The notes beneath the pieces are model-generated. The model searched no databases. It was not told the origin of the DNA and saw only the letters and a program-made list of their open reading frames with translations. Made by a program: the position numbers and the translations under genes. A DNA stretch of 64,000 bases from Myxococcota bacterium (GTDB lineage Bacteria > Myxococcota_A > UBA9160 > UBA6930), in assembly GCA_965223415.1 (NCBI GenBank), contig OZ245002.1, positions 5,600,001 to 5,664,000 on the forward strand. The letters run 5' to 3'. This document shows positions 1 to 13,730 of this stretch, one piece after another (positions within the stretch are counted from its first letter, which is position 1; every line of letters begins with the position of its first letter).

Positions 1-777
1 CATCTCCCGGTTGCCGGCCGCGAAGCCGACCCGCCAGCCCGCCATCGAGTGGCTCTTCGAGAGCGAGAGGAACTCGATGGCCACGTCCCGAGCACCGGGC
101 ACCTCGAGAATGCTAGGCGGCCGGTAGCCCTCGAAGCAGATCTCCGCATACGCGAAATCGTGGATCACCATCAAGTGGTGCTCCTTCGCGAAGGCGACGA
201 TCCCCTCGAAGAACTCCCGGGTGACGGTCTGGGTCGTCGGGTTGTGCGGGAAGGAGAGGATCAGGAGCTTCGGCTTCGGCCAGGTGCGCTGGACCGCGAG
301 CTCGAGGTTGTGCAAGAAGTCCGTCTCGGCGTTGAGGGGTACGTGACGCAGGTCGCCGCCGGCGAAGATCACCGAGTATTGGTGGATCGGGTAGGCCGGA
401 TCCGGCGCCAGCACGACGTCGCCGGGGCCGATCGTCACCAGGACGAAGTGGGAGAGCCCCTCCTTGGCACCGATTACCGCGATGGCCTCGCCGTCGGGAT
501 CGATCTCGACCCCGTGGCTGCGCGCGTACCACTCGCTGCAGGCGGCCCGCAGGTTGGGAACGCCCCGGGAGGCCGAGTAGCGGTGGTTGCGGTCGACCCG
601 GGCCGACTCGCAGATCTTCTCGACCACGTGGGGCGGGGTCGGCAGGTCCGGGTTGCCCATGCCGAGATCGATCACGTCCTCGCCGGCCTGCCGGGCGGCG
701 TGGCGGAGCTGCGTCACCTCGGCCAGCACGTAGGGCGGCAGCCGGCGCAGCTTGTCGAAGTCGTGCCTGAAGTCCAC
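1..777 (-). CDS. PLP-dependent class I/II aminotransferase, AlaC-like (3' end outside window)
   Basis: Manual translation from GTG at 777: MDFRHDFDKLRRLPPYVLAEVTQLRHAARQAGEDVIDLGMGNPDLPTPPHVVEK...YSASRG..L; resembles the AlaC/DapL N-terminus; not in the ORF track because it runs off the edge. Confidence 0.85.
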   Translation of the reverse strand, partial: MDFRHDFDKLRRLPPYVLAEVTQLRHAARQAGEDVIDLGMGNPDLPTPPHVVEKICESARVDRNHRYSASRGVPNLRAACSEWYARSHGVEIDPDGEAIAVIGAKEGLSHFVLVTIGPGDVVLAPDPAYPIHQYSVIFAGGDLRHVPLNAETDFLHNLELAVQRTWPKPKLLILSFPHNPTTQTVTREFFEGIVAFAKEHHLMVIHDFAYAEICFEGYRPPSILEVPGARDVAIEFLSLSKSHSMAGWRVGFAAGNREM

Positions 778-814
778 GGGGCCTCGCGCGCGCCGAGGGC
801 GCTCTAGCCCATTG

Positions 815-843
815 AGATTATTGGAGAAATCCGGCCCCGGCAA
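815..843 (-). promoter_or_regulatory. Candidate sigma70 promoter for the aminotransferase
   Basis: Minus strand TTGCCG-N17-TAATCT in an AT-richer intergenic patch. Confidence 0.4.
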
Positions 844-856
844 GGAGCCGGGCCGC

Positions 857-2191
857 TCAGCCCAGGCGCCGGAACAGCGCGTAGACCGGCAGGCCCGCCG
901 CCAGGAAGAGGGCACCGAGGAAGGCCTCGGTGGGGCGGCCGATGGCCAGGCCGGCAGCGATGGCGACGTTGGCCACCAGGTAGATCCCCGGCACCCACGG
1001 GTAGCCCCAGGCTCGGTAGGGCCGCGGCCGGTCGGGCTGGGCCCACCGCAGGGCGTAGAGCGCCGCCGTGTCGGCGATGGTCGCCAGCAGGATGGCGAAG
1101 GTGGTGTAGTCCAGAGCACTCGGGAAGCTCTGGAGCAACACCACGAGAGCGATGGAGACGCCCGCCTGCACCGCGAGGGCCCCGCTCGGCGTGCGGTAGC
1201 CCTCGTGCACCCGGTCGGCACCCCGGGTGAAGAGCCCGTCGAGGGCCATGGCGTAGGCGATCCGCGGGCCCACCAGCACCGTCGCGTTCAGCGTGCCCAG
1301 GATCGAGACCAGAACGAAGCCGGCCACGAGCCGGCCGCCCAGCTCTCCGAACAGCACCCGCGCCGCGCCCTCGCCGGCGTTCGGCGTCCCGCGCAGCTCC
1401 CCGATCGGAAGCGCGTAGAGGTAGACGGCGTTCATGACCAGGTAGACGATGGTGCACAGGCCGAGGCCGATGAACAGCGAGCGCGGCACGTTGCGGCCCG
1501 GATCGCGAATCTCGCTGGCGACGTAGACCGACGCGTTCCAGCCGAGGTAGCTGAACAGCACGGGCGAGAGGGCCAGCACGAAGGCGAGGGGCGGCGCCGC
1601 GTCGAGGGCGCCGGCCACGAGGGGACGCAGGTGGCCGAGATCGCCTGCGCCGGTGAGCGGCGCGACCAGTCCGAAGGCGAGCAGCGCCACCACCTTGAAC
1701 CACGCCGTCACGTTGTTGGCAACGGCTCCGTGGCGAACGCCGCGGAAGTTCAGCAGCGACGACCCGGCGATCGACACCACGCCGATGGGCACGGCCCAGC
1801 TGCCGGACCATCCCATCATCGCGCAGAGCGCCTCGCCGAAGCCGACCCCCAGGGCGGCGACGGTCCCGGCGAAGATCGACACGAACGAGAGCCAGCCGGC
1901 GAGGAAGCCCGCCAGGGGGTGGAAGGCCTCGCGCAGGTAGACGTAGTCGCCGCCGGCGCGCGGGAACATCGCGCCGAGCTCCGCGTTCGCCAGGGCGCCG
2001 GCCAGGGAGAGCAGCCCGCCGAAGGCCCAGACCCCGAAGATCAGCCCGGCGTGGGGCAGCCGATCGGCGATGGCGCCGGGCGTGAGAAAGATCCCCGAGC
2101 CCACGACCGAGGCCACCACCAGGAAGACCGCGTCGCGGAGCGAGAGCTCCCGCCGCAGGCGGTCCCGGGGATGGGCCGTGGGCTCGCTCAC
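857..2191 (-). CDS. APC family amino acid permease
   Basis: LRRELSLRDAVFLVVASVVGSGIFLTPG, PRAGGDYVYL, FSYLGWN..ASEIRDPGRNVP, RPYRAWGYP motifs; about 12 hydrophobic segments. Confidence 0.92.
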   Translation of the reverse strand: MSEPTAHPRDRLRRELSLRDAVFLVVASVVGSGIFLTPGAIADRLPHAGLIFGVWAFGGLLSLAGALANAELGAMFPRAGGDYVYLREAFHPLAGFLAGWLSFVSIFAGTVAALGVGFGEALCAMMGWSGSWAVPIGVVSIAGSSLLNFRGVRHGAVANNVTAWFKVVALLAFGLVAPLTGAGDLGHLRPLVAGALDAAPPLAFVLALSPVLFSYLGWNASVYVASEIRDPGRNVPRSLFIGLGLCTIVYLVMNAVYLYALPIGELRGTPNAGEGAARVLFGELGGRLVAGFVLVSILGTLNATVLVGPRIAYAMALDGLFTRGADRVHEGYRTPSGALAVQAGVSIALVVLLQSFPSALDYTTFAILLATIADTAALYALRWAQPDRPRPYRAWGYPWVPGIYLVANVAIAAGLAIGRPTEAFLGALFLAAGLPVYALFRRLG

Positions 2192-2213
2192 TGGCTCGCC
2201 CTCTCGCGCGCTC

Positions 2214-4250
2214 CTACAGGAACGGGATGATCAGCAGCGCGACGATGTTCACCAGCTTGAGCATGGGGTTGATCGCCGGGCCGGCCGTGTCCTTGTAGGG
2301 ATCGCCGACCGTGTCGCCGGTGACCGAGGCCTTGTGAGCCTCGGAGCCCTTGCCGCCGTACTGGCCGGCCTCGATGAACTTCTTGGCGTTGTCCCAGGCC
2401 GCCCCGCCGGTGGTCATCGAGATCGCGACGCACACGCCGGCCACGATCGAACCGATCAGCAGGCCGCCCAGGGCTTGCTCGCCGAGAACCAGGCCGACCA
2501 CGATCGGGATCACCGCGGGGATGAGCGCCGGGGCGATCATCAGCTTGAGGGCGGAGGCCGTGACCAGGTCCACGCAGGTGCGGTAGTCCGGCTGGGCCGT
2601 GCCCTCCATGATGCCCGGGATCTCCCGGAACTGGCGCCGCACCTCGTCGACGACCTTGCCCCCGGCGTCACCCACCGCGCTCATGGCGAGCGAGGCGAAG
2701 ATGAAGGGGATCATGGCGCCGATGAACAGGCCGGCCAGGACGAGGGTGTTCGAGAGGTCGAAGCTCGTCGAGACGTCGCTGCCTCCGAGGCGCTTCAGGT
2801 CCTCGATGAAGGTGGCGAAGAGCACCACTGCGGCGAGGCCGGCCGACGCGATGGCGTAGCCCTTGGTGACGGCCTTCGTGGTGTTGCCGAAGGCATCCAG
2901 GGGATCCGTCACGTTGCGGACCTCGTCGGGCAGCTCCGCCATCTCGGCGATGCCGCCGGCGTTGTCCGTGATCGGGCCGTAGGCGTCGATCGAAACCACG
3001 ATGCCCGCCAGGGAGAGCATGCTCATGGCGGCCACGCCCACGCCGTACAGGCCGGCGAGCTCGAAGCAGAAGACGATGGCCAGGACGATCACCACCACCG
3101 GGACCACCGTGGCCTGCATGCCGACGGCCAGGCCCGCGATGATGTTCGTGGCGTGGCCCCCCTCGCTCGACCGGGCGATGTGGTCCACGTGGCGAGAGCC
3201 GTCGCCGGTGTAGTAGTCGGTGACCCACATCATCACGGCGGTGACGACGGCGCCGAGGGCCGCGCAGAGCCACAAGGCGAAGGCGCCGACGCTGTTGCCG
3301 GAGAGGTCCTTGCTCGGGAAGTCGACGAAGAAGCCGCCGATCAGGAGGAGCGCCAGCATCACGCCGGAGGCGACCGCCAGGCCCTTGTACATCGCGCCCA
3401 TCACGGCGGGGAGCTGGCCCTCGGCGGGCTCGTCGATGGTCACGAGGGGCACGGCCACGAGCGAGCCGACGATGCCGGCGGCGCCGATGAGCAGCGGGTA
3501 GAGGAACATGCCCTCGTCGCCGGGGAAGATGATGTGAGCGAGCAGCATCGCCGCCGCCGCGGTGACGCCGTAGGTCTCGAAGAGGTCGGCGGCCATGCCA
3601 GCGCAATCGCCCACGTTGTCACCCACGTTGTCCGCGATCACGGCGGGGTTGCGGGGATCGTCCTCGGGGATGTTCGCCTCGACCTTGCCGACCAGGTCGG
3701 CGCCCACGTCGGCGCCCTTCGTGAAGATGCCGCCGCCGAGCCGCGCAAAGACCGAGATGAGGGAGCCGCCGAAGGCGAGGCCGACCAGGGCGTCCGGCTC
3801 CGTGTGCCCGACGTTGTGCATGGCGAAGACGATCACGGCAAGCGAGAGCAGACCCGCGCCGACCACCATCAAGCCGGTGACCGCGCCGCCCTTGAAGGCC
3901 AGGCCGAAGGCCTCGCCGTAGCCGTTGTGGGCGGCCTGGGCGACGCGCAGGTTCGCGCGCACGGAGACGTTCATGCCGATGAAGCCGGCGGCGGCGCTGG
4001 CGACCGCGCCCAGCAGGAAGCCGGCGGCGTACCACCAGTTCAGCAGCAGACCGACCAGGACCAGGATCGGGAGCCCGACCATCCCTACGGTGCGGTATTG
4101 ACGGGCCAGGAACGCCTCGGCGCCGGCGCGGATGGCGGCGGCGATCTCGTTGGCGCGATCGGTGGAGGTCGGGGCGGCGAGCACCGAGCGGTAGAGCACG
4201 AAGCCCATGACGAGGGCCGCCGCGCCGGCGATGAAGGCGATCAGGGTCAT
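2214..4250 (-). CDS. hppA: Membrane-bound H+-translocating pyrophosphatase, K+-independent type
   Basis: [50 protein letters not shown] and [12 protein letters not shown] motifs; start corrected to ATG 4250 (MTLIAFIAG). Confidence 0.95.
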   Translation of the reverse strand: MTLIAFIAGAAALVMGFVLYRSVLAAPTSTDRANEIAAAIRAGAEAFLARQYRTVGMVGLPILVLVGLLLNWWYAAGFLLGAVASAAAGFIGMNVSVRANLRVAQAAHNGYGEAFGLAFKGGAVTGLMVVGAGLLSLAVIVFAMHNVGHTEPDALVGLAFGGSLISVFARLGGGIFTKGADVGADLVGKVEANIPEDDPRNPAVIADNVGDNVGDCAGMAADLFETYGVTAAAAMLLAHIIFPGDEGMFLYPLLIGAAGIVGSLVAVPLVTIDEPAEGQLPAVMGAMYKGLAVASGVMLALLLIGGFFVDFPSKDLSGNSVGAFALWLCAALGAVVTAVMMWVTDYYTGDGSRHVDHIARSSEGGHATNIIAGLAVGMQATVVPVVVIVLAIVFCFELAGLYGVGVAAMSMLSLAGIVVSIDAYGPITDNAGGIAEMAELPDEVRNVTDPLDAFGNTTKAVTKGYAIASAGLAAVVLFATFIEDLKRLGGSDVSTSFDLSNTLVLAGLFIGAMIPFIFASLAMSAVGDAGGKVVDEVRRQFREIPGIMEGTAQPDYRTCVDLVTASALKLMIAPALIPAVIPIVVGLVLGEQALGGLLIGSIVAGVCVAISMTTGGAAWDNAKKFIEAGQYGGKGSEAHKASVTGDTVGDPYKDTAGPAINPMLKLVNIVALLIIPFL

Positions 4251-4485
4251 CTCTCTGGGTCTCCCAGCCCGGCCCGGGGGCAGCTGATGGATGGGCCCGC
4301 CGGGGGCGGCCGCACGCGAAATGCGGGCGAAAGAGGACCCGCGGCGCCTCCCCCGGAGCGGCCCGCACTGTAGGCGGCGAGGGCGCAGGTTTCCACCCCG
4401 GCCCTTGGGATTTCCCCTTGGATCCCGGGTATCTTGGCCGCTCCCGCGCCCCGCGGGACACCCCCGGTGCCCTGGAGGAAGAGCC

Positions 4486-6021
4486 ATGAACGGCGCCGAA
4501 GCCATGATCCGCACCGCCCGCGAGGCCGGCGTCGAGATCTGCTTCGCCAACCCCGGGACGACCGAGATGCCGCTGGTCGCCGCCCTCGACGCGGTGCCGG
4601 AGATGCGCGCCGTGCTGGGCCTGTTCGAGGGCGTGTGCACGGGCGCGGCCGACGGATACGGCCGGATGACGGGGCGCCCTGCCCTCACCCTGCTGCACCT
4701 GGGGCCGGGCTTCGCCAACGGCATCGCCAACCTCCACAACGCGCGGCGCGCGCGGACGCCCGTCGTCAACCTGATCGGAGACCAGGCGAGCTGGCACCTG
4801 GCGGCGGACGCGCCGCTCACCTCGGACATCGCATCGCTCGCGCGGCCAGTGGGCTGGGTGCGCGGCGTGGCCGACGCGGCGGACGCGGCCCCGGCGATGG
4901 CCGAGGCGATCGCCGCCGCCCAGGGACCGCCGGGGCAGGTCGCCAGCCTGGTGGTGCCGGTGGACGCCACCTGGGACCCGGCGGACGCGACACTTCCTCG
5001 TGTCACGACCGGCGGCCCCCGGGTGGTCGAGGACGCCCGGCTGGAGGACGCGGCGGACGCGATCCGCGGCGCGGCCCGGGCCGTCGTCCTCCTCGGCGGC
5101 GACGGGCTCGGCGAGGCGGGCCTGCGCGCGGCCCATCGGCTGGCCTCGGCCGGGGTCGAGGTGCGGGTGGAGACCTTCAGTGCGCGCATCGAGCGCGGGG
5201 CCACGCTGCCGGACTTCCCGCGCCTTCCCTACTTCCCGGAGCAGGCGATGGAGGTCCTCGCCGGGACGTCCCATCTGCTCCTGGCCGGCGCCCTGTCACC
5301 GGTCGCGTTCTTTGGCTACCGGGACGGGAAGAGCGAGCTGGCGCCGCCCGACACTCGGGAGATTTCCCTGGCCGAGCCCGGTGAAGACGTGGCGGGTGCG
5401 CTGGCGGCCGTGGCCGATCGCCTGGGTGCGGAGGCGAAGCCGAAGTGGGCAGAGCCGCCGTGCCCGGAGCCGGCCGAGGGCGCCCTCGACCCGGGCACCC
5501 TCGGCCGCACCCTCGCGGCGTTGCAGCCCGAAGGTGCGATCGTCGTGGACGAGGGCGCCACCACCGGCTTCGGCTACACGCCTTTCGCAACTGCCGCCCC
5601 GGCCCACACCACCCTCGGCCTGACCGGCGGCGCCATCGGCCAGGGCCTTCCCTGCGCCACCGGCGCCGCCCTGGCCTGTCCGGACCGGCCGGTCATCGCC
5701 TTCCAGGCCGACGGCTCGGGCCTGTACACCCTCCAGGCCCTGTGGACCCAGGCCCGCGAGGCCCTCGACGTCACCACGATCCTCTGCGCCAACCGCAGCT
5801 ACCGCATCCTCCAGGTCGAGCTGGCCCGCGCCGGGATCGCGGAGCCCGGCCCGAAGGCCCAGAGCCTCACGGACCTGCGCCGCCCCGAGATCGACTGGAC
5901 CGCCGCGGCCCGGGCTTTCGGCGTCCCCGCCACCCGCGTCGACACCGCCGAAGCTTTCGCCGACGCGTTCCGCCGCGCCCAGTCCACCCCCGGCCCCCAC
6001 CTCATCGAAGCTCTCCTCTAG
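4486..6021 (+). CDS. Thiamine-diphosphate enzyme, acetolactate synthase large subunit-like
   Basis: [52 protein letters not shown]-binding motif; GGAGG RBS before ATG 4486. Confidence 0.88.
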   Translation: MNGAEAMIRTAREAGVEICFANPGTTEMPLVAALDAVPEMRAVLGLFEGVCTGAADGYGRMTGRPALTLLHLGPGFANGIANLHNARRARTPVVNLIGDQASWHLAADAPLTSDIASLARPVGWVRGVADAADAAPAMAEAIAAAQGPPGQVASLVVPVDATWDPADATLPRVTTGGPRVVEDARLEDAADAIRGAARAVVLLGGDGLGEAGLRAAHRLASAGVEVRVETFSARIERGATLPDFPRLPYFPEQAMEVLAGTSHLLLAGALSPVAFFGYRDGKSELAPPDTREISLAEPGEDVAGALAAVADRLGAEAKPKWAEPPCPEPAEGALDPGTLGRTLAALQPEGAIVVDEGATTGFGYTPFATAAPAHTTLGLTGGAIGQGLPCATGAALACPDRPVIAFQADGSGLYTLQALWTQAREALDVTTILCANRSYRILQVELARAGIAEPGPKAQSLTDLRRPEIDWTAAARAFGVPATRVDTAEAFADAFRRAQSTPGPHLIEALL

Positions 6022-7216
6022 ACGCAGCATCGCCGGTGTCGGGTCGGCAGATGGTGTGGAGATCGGTGTCGTCGACTTCGGGTTTGTGGGCGGCGATAGA
6101 CTGGAAGCGGCGGAAGGCCTGCTCCAGGTCGGACTCCCCGAGGCGGTAGCCCAGGGCGGCGACCCGCTCGGAGAAGCCGGTGCGCCCGGAGAGCTTGCCC
6201 AGGACGATCTGGGTGCCGACCCGATGGCCCACCGCAGCCGGGTCGAGGACCTCGTAGGTCTCGCGCTCCTTGAGCACGCCGTCCTGGTGGATGCCGGAGG
6301 CGTGACGAAAGGCGTTCGCACCGACCACGGCCTTGTTGGGCGGGACCCGGATGCCTGAGCGGGCCTCCACCAGCTCGGAGACGCGGCCCATGCCGGTCAT
6401 GTCGACACCGGTCGCGACGCCCAGGCGCTCGCCGTGCACGGACAACCCGGCGACCACCTCTTCGAAGGCGGTGTTTCCCGCCCGCTCGCCGATCCCGTTG
6501 ACGGCCACCTCCACCTGACGCGCCCCCGCCGCCACCGCCGCCAGGGCGTTGGCACTGGCCAGGCCCAGGTCGTCCTGGCCGTGGAACGAGACGACGGCCT
6601 CGGGCACCGCCCGCCGCACCAGGGAGACGAGCCAGGTCACCTGGTCCGGGGCCGCGCAGCCGACCGTGTCCGGCAGGTTGATCGTGCCGGCGCCCGCATC
6701 GACGGCGGCCCGGGCCAGCTCCGCCACGAAGGCGCGATCCGCGCGGGTGGCGTCCATGGGGCTGAACTCCACGTCGTCGGTGAACTCCCGCGCGCTCCGC
6801 ACCATCGCCGCCGCCATCGCGACCACCTGCTCGCGGCTCTTGCGCAGCTGGTGGGCGAGCTGCATGTCCGAAGAGTTGACGAAGACGTGGATGCGGGGCG
6901 CCTCGGCGTGCCGCAGGGCCTCCCCCGCCGCCGCCACGTCCTTCGGGACCGCCCGCGCCAGGGCGCAGACCGTGGCACTGCGCACGTTCGCCGCCACCTC
7001 GGCCACCGCCCGGCACTCCTCGGACGAGCTCACCGGGAAGCCGGCCTCGATCACGTCCACGCCCATGCCGGCGAGAGCGAGCGCGATCTCGACCTTGTCG
7101 TCGGCGGAGAAGCAGACCCCGGCGGTCTGCTCACCGTCGCGCAGGGTGGTGTCGAAGACCACCACGCGCTCGGGATCAGGATCGGAATCGGGCTCGGTTC
7201 GGCTTCGCTCGGACAT
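6002..7216 (-). CDS. leuA: 2-isopropylmalate synthase, short form lacking the C-terminal regulatory domain
   Basis: FDTTLRDGEQ, IEAGFP, NLPDTVG, GIGERAGN, NKAVVGANAFRHASGIHQDGVLK, LGKLSGR; only 404 aa; upstream Leu leader supports the assignment. Confidence 0.88.
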   Translation of the reverse strand: MSERSRTEPDSDPDPERVVVFDTTLRDGEQTAGVCFSADDKVEIALALAGMGVDVIEAGFPVSSSEECRAVAEVAANVRSATVCALARAVPKDVAAAGEALRHAEAPRIHVFVNSSDMQLAHQLRKSREQVVAMAAAMVRSAREFTDDVEFSPMDATRADRAFVAELARAAVDAGAGTINLPDTVGCAAPDQVTWLVSLVRRAVPEAVVSFHGQDDLGLASANALAAVAAGARQVEVAVNGIGERAGNTAFEEVVAGLSVHGERLGVATGVDMTGMGRVSELVEARSGIRVPPNKAVVGANAFRHASGIHQDGVLKERETYEVLDPAAVGHRVGTQIVLGKLSGRTGFSERVAALGYRLGESDLEQAFRRFQSIAAHKPEVDDTDLHTICRPDTGDAASRGELR

Positions 7217-7273
7217 GGGTTCGCTCCGTCGGTGCCGTCCGGCCGGAATGCGGGCAACCCTTGCCCAGAGGGA

Positions 7274-7311
7274 CGAAACCCTCTCCGGCCGTTCGGCGGG
7301 AGAGGGTTTCG
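7274..7311 (-). terminator. Attenuator terminator hairpin upstream of leuA
   Basis: Minus strand CGAAACCCTCTCC-cgccgaacggcc-GGAGAGGGTTTCG inverted repeat, with a weak U-tract. Confidence 0.75.
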
Positions 7312-7332
7312 CTGAGCCGCGCGGTGTGTGCG

Positions 7333-7404
7333 CTAGCGAACCTCCCCCGCCCTGCGAAGGAGCAGGCCGAGGGAGAGCAGCTGGCGAGTCACGCGACCGT
7401 TCAT
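7333..7404 (-). CDS. Leucine-rich leader peptide (LeuL-like), MNGRVTRQLLSLGLLLRRAGEVR
   Basis: 23-aa ORF with 6 Leu codons in an 8-codon stretch, directly before antiterminator/terminator stems and leuA. Confidence 0.8.
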   Translation of the reverse strand: MNGRVTRQLLSLGLLLRRAGEVR

Positions 7405-7456
7405 GGTCCGGCGAGTATCGGCAGGCCGACGGCGCGAGTCAAGCCCGACCGCGCCC

Positions 7457-8029
7457 CTAGACGCCCAGCAGCTCTCCCAGGCGGTTCGGATCGAAGCCGA
7501 TCACCAGCTGGCCGTCGATGTCGATGGTCGGCGTCGCCCAGCGCCCCACGCGGCCGCGCAGGGCCTCCTGGGCCCGCTCGGAGCGGATGTCGAGCTCGGT
7601 GTAGGGAATGTCGTGGCGCTCGAACCAGCGGGCGGCGGACTCGCAGGCGTGGCAGCCGGGCGAGCTGAACATCACCACCTCGTGGGAGGCGGTGGCGAAG
7701 GGCCGCGACACAGCGCGACCCACCGGCCGGGCGGGAGACGGTGACGGCGCCGCGATCTCGATCCGCCCGACGTCGCCCCGCTCGTGCGGGGGCACCTGCT
7801 CCAGGGAATCGACGAACTGGACCGTCCCGCTGTCGTCGACGTACTGGTAGAGAACGCGCTGGGCGCCGCCGGAGGGCTCGGCAGACCCGGTCGCGAGGTC
7901 CAAGGGCGGGTCGAAGCTCCCCGCCTCCGCCCACTCCGCCAGCAGGCCCGAGGCGTGGTGGGAGAGCACCCAACCGCCGGCCGCCGAGACGACCACCATG
8001 CCGAGCAGTGCCAGGAGGAACGTCCGCAT
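7457..8029 (-). CDS. Membrane-anchored/exported glutaredoxin-like protein with DUF4124-like segment
   Basis: N-terminal hydrophobic helix, LYQYVDDSGTVQFVD, FSSPGCHAC (CxxC), TPTIDIDGQLVIGFD; start ATG 8029. Confidence 0.8.
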   Translation of the reverse strand: MRTFLLALLGMVVVSAAGGWVLSHHASGLLAEWAEAGSFDPPLDLATGSAEPSGGAQRVLYQYVDDSGTVQFVDSLEQVPPHERGDVGRIEIAAPSPSPARPVGRAVSRPFATASHEVVMFSSPGCHACESAARWFERHDIPYTELDIRSERAQEALRGRVGRWATPTIDIDGQLVIGFDPNRLGELLGV

Positions 8030-8061
8030 GACGGGCCTATCGGCCGGACGGCCGCCGTTCT

Positions 8062-10425
8062 CTACCCCACGCCGACCAGGGTCAGGCGCTCTCCCCAGCG
8101 GGTGCGGACCGAGCGGGCCAGACCCGGAGCCCGGCGCAAGCCCGGGTCCGCCCGCAGGGTCGCGGTGGCGGCCTCCCGGGCCACGGCCACGAGCCGGGCG
8201 TCCCGCACGAGATCGGCGAAACGCAGGTCCGGGAGCTTGCCGTGCTGGCGGGTGCCGAGGAACTCCCCGGGCCCCCGGATGCGCAGGTCGGCGTCGGCGA
8301 TCCGGAAGCCGTCGGTCGTCTCGAGCATCGCCCGCAGGCGGGCCTCGCTGTCCTCTCCGCCACCCCGGGCCACGAGGACGCAGGTGCCCGGGCGCTCGCC
8401 GCGACCCACCCGCCCCCGCAGCTGGTGGAGCTGCGCCAGGCCGAAGCGTTCCGCGTGCTCCACCACCATGAGCGTGGCCGCCGGCACGTCCACGCCCACT
8501 TCGATCACGGTCGTCGAGACCAGGATCCGGGTCTCGCCCGTGGTGAAGCGCGCCATCGCCGCCGTCCGCGCGGCGGCGTCGAGGCGGCCGTGCACCAGGT
8601 CGACCTGCGCGTCGGGAAAGGCGGCGCGAATCCGCTCCGTGCTCTCGGTGGCGGCGCGCAGGTCGATCTTCTCGGATTCCTCGACCAGCGGGTACACCAC
8701 GTACACCTGCTCCCCCCGGTCCAGCGCCTCGCGCACGAGCCGCGTCACCTGCTCGCCCTCGCCCTCGCGGAGCAGCAGGGTCTCGGTGGGGCGGCGGCCG
8801 GGCGGCAGCTCGTCGATCACCGAGAGGTCGAGGTCTCCGTAGAGGGTGAGGGCCAGGCTGCGGGGGATCGGCGTGGCGGTCATGACCAGCGCGTGGGGAC
8901 TGACACCGCCCGGTGTCTTCGCGGCCAGGGCGGCGCGTTGCAGCACGCCGAAACGGTGCTGCTCGTCGATCACGACCAGGGCGAGGCGGGCGAAGGCCAC
9001 GTCGCCCTGCACCAGGGCGTGGGTGCCGACGACGAGGTCGACATCGCCCGCGGCCAGGGCCGCGCGCACCGCCGCAGCCCCGGGGGCCGAGGAGGTGAGC
9101 AGGCCGACCCGCAGGCCCGTGCCCCCGAGCAGCGACCGGAGGGTGCGCTCGTGCTGCTCGGCGAGCAGCTCGGTCGGCGCCATCAGCGCGGCCTGGTGAC
9201 CGGCCCGGGCCGCCACGACCGCCGCCAGGGCCGCGACGGCGGTCTTCCCGCTGCCGACGTCGCCCTGGAGGAGCCGGTTCATCGGGTGCGGCGCCGTCAG
9301 GTCGCGCCGGATCTCGCTCCAGGCCCGGCGTTGGGCACCGGTCAGGGCGAAGGGCAGCGCTGCCTCGGCCTCGCGCAGCGTCGCGTCGTCGGCGGGCAGG
9401 GCGATGCCTGGCTCCGCGGCGCGTTCCGCCCGGCGCTGGGCGAGCCCCACCTCGAGCAGGTAGAGCTCCTCGAGCACCAGCCGCTCGTGGGCCGGGGTGG
9501 TGCGCTCGCGCAGGGCCTCGAGATCCGGCTCGGGCCCCGGCTGGTGGATCTCGCGCAGCGCGTCGGGCGTCGGCGGCAGCCCGCGCGCCCGGGCGAGGGC
9601 CGCGGGCAGGGTGCTGGGCACGAGATCGGCGAAGTGCTCCACCGCCACGGCGACGAGCCGCCGGAAGGTCCGCGGCGGGACGCCTTCGGGCACCGGGTAG
9701 TCGGGCACGACCGCCTCGCCGTGCTCGGCACCGCCCTCCTCCTCCGCGAGCCGGTCGATCTCCGGGTGGGTGATCTCCTTCGAGAAGCGGTAGCGGCGCA
9801 CGTCGCCAGTCACCCGCAGGCGGACGCCCTTCGCGACGGTCTTCTGCAGGGATTCGCCGCCGCGGAACCACTTCAGGGTCACGGTGCCGGTTCCATCGCC
9901 GACGACCGCCTGGAAGAGCCGCCCGCGGCGGCCTCGCCCGCGCATCGGGACGAAGTCCGCGAGCAGCACCTCCCCTTCGAAGGTCGCGCGGGTGCCGACC
10001 TCGAGGGCGCCGACCGCGACCCGCTCGCGCCGGTCGTCATAGCGGCTCGGGAGGTGGAAGAGCAGGTCGACCACCGTGCGCAGGCCGCGCTTCGCGAGGG
10101 CCTCGGCCCGCTTGCCGCCGATCCCCGGCAGGGTGGCGATGGGCCGCCCGATGGTGCGATCGGCGAAGTCCGGGGCCTCGAGAGGCGCCAGCAGCTCCAG
10201 GGCCCGGGCGACGGCCTGGCGGCGCGCCTCTCCTTCGAGGGGCTCGCCGAAGGGCTCCGCCAGCCGCGCCAGGGTCTTCCGGACGTCCGGCGGAATCGCC
10301 ATGCGCACGGCCCGCTCGACGGCGCCCAGCACCGTCGCCTCGAGGCCCTGCAGGCGCTCCGCCCGCTCGCCCGCAGCGAACTCGAGAGGCCTGCGAATCG
10401 CCTCGAGGGCCGCCGGAAAGTCCAC
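8062..10425 (-). CDS. recG: ATP-dependent DNA helicase RecG
   Basis: MNRLLQGDVGSGKT, IDEQHRFG, MTATPIPRSL, QLHQLRGRVGRG, DLRIRGPGEFLGTRQHG. Confidence 0.97.
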   Translation of the reverse strand: MDFPAALEAIRRPLEFAAGERAERLQGLEATVLGAVERAVRMAIPPDVRKTLARLAEPFGEPLEGEARRQAVARALELLAPLEAPDFADRTIGRPIATLPGIGGKRAEALAKRGLRTVVDLLFHLPSRYDDRRERVAVGALEVGTRATFEGEVLLADFVPMRGRGRRGRLFQAVVGDGTGTVTLKWFRGGESLQKTVAKGVRLRVTGDVRRYRFSKEITHPEIDRLAEEEGGAEHGEAVVPDYPVPEGVPPRTFRRLVAVAVEHFADLVPSTLPAALARARGLPPTPDALREIHQPGPEPDLEALRERTTPAHERLVLEELYLLEVGLAQRRAERAAEPGIALPADDATLREAEAALPFALTGAQRRAWSEIRRDLTAPHPMNRLLQGDVGSGKTAVAALAAVVAARAGHQAALMAPTELLAEQHERTLRSLLGGTGLRVGLLTSSAPGAAAVRAALAAGDVDLVVGTHALVQGDVAFARLALVVIDEQHRFGVLQRAALAAKTPGGVSPHALVMTATPIPRSLALTLYGDLDLSVIDELPPGRRPTETLLLREGEGEQVTRLVREALDRGEQVYVVYPLVEESEKIDLRAATESTERIRAAFPDAQVDLVHGRLDAAARTAAMARFTTGETRILVSTTVIEVGVDVPAATLMVVEHAERFGLAQLHQLRGRVGRGERPGTCVLVARGGGEDSEARLRAMLETTDGFRIADADLRIRGPGEFLGTRQHGKLPDLRFADLVRDARLVAVAREAATATLRADPGLRRAPGLARSVRTRWGERLTLVGVG

Positions 10426-10449
10426 CCGCCGAGGGTAGCGGCCCCACGT

Positions 10450-10510
10450 GTTGCGTTAGGGGCCGGTTCCGTTCGTTGCGTTGCCGGGCGTTGCGTCGGG
10501 GGCCGGTTCC
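10450..10510. repeat. 21-bp imperfect direct repeat, period 40, in the carB-recG spacer
   Basis: gttgcgttaggggccggttcc (10450-10470) vs gttgcgtcgggggccggttcc (10490-10510). Confidence 0.8.
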
Positions 10511-10517
10511 ATACGGC

Positions 10518-13729
<3,212 letters not shown>

Positions 13730-13730
<1 letters not shown>

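Noticed and set aside
10460..10480. LexA box (GTTC-N7-GTTC) upstream of recG
   Set aside because: The GTTC units are not at the required spacing
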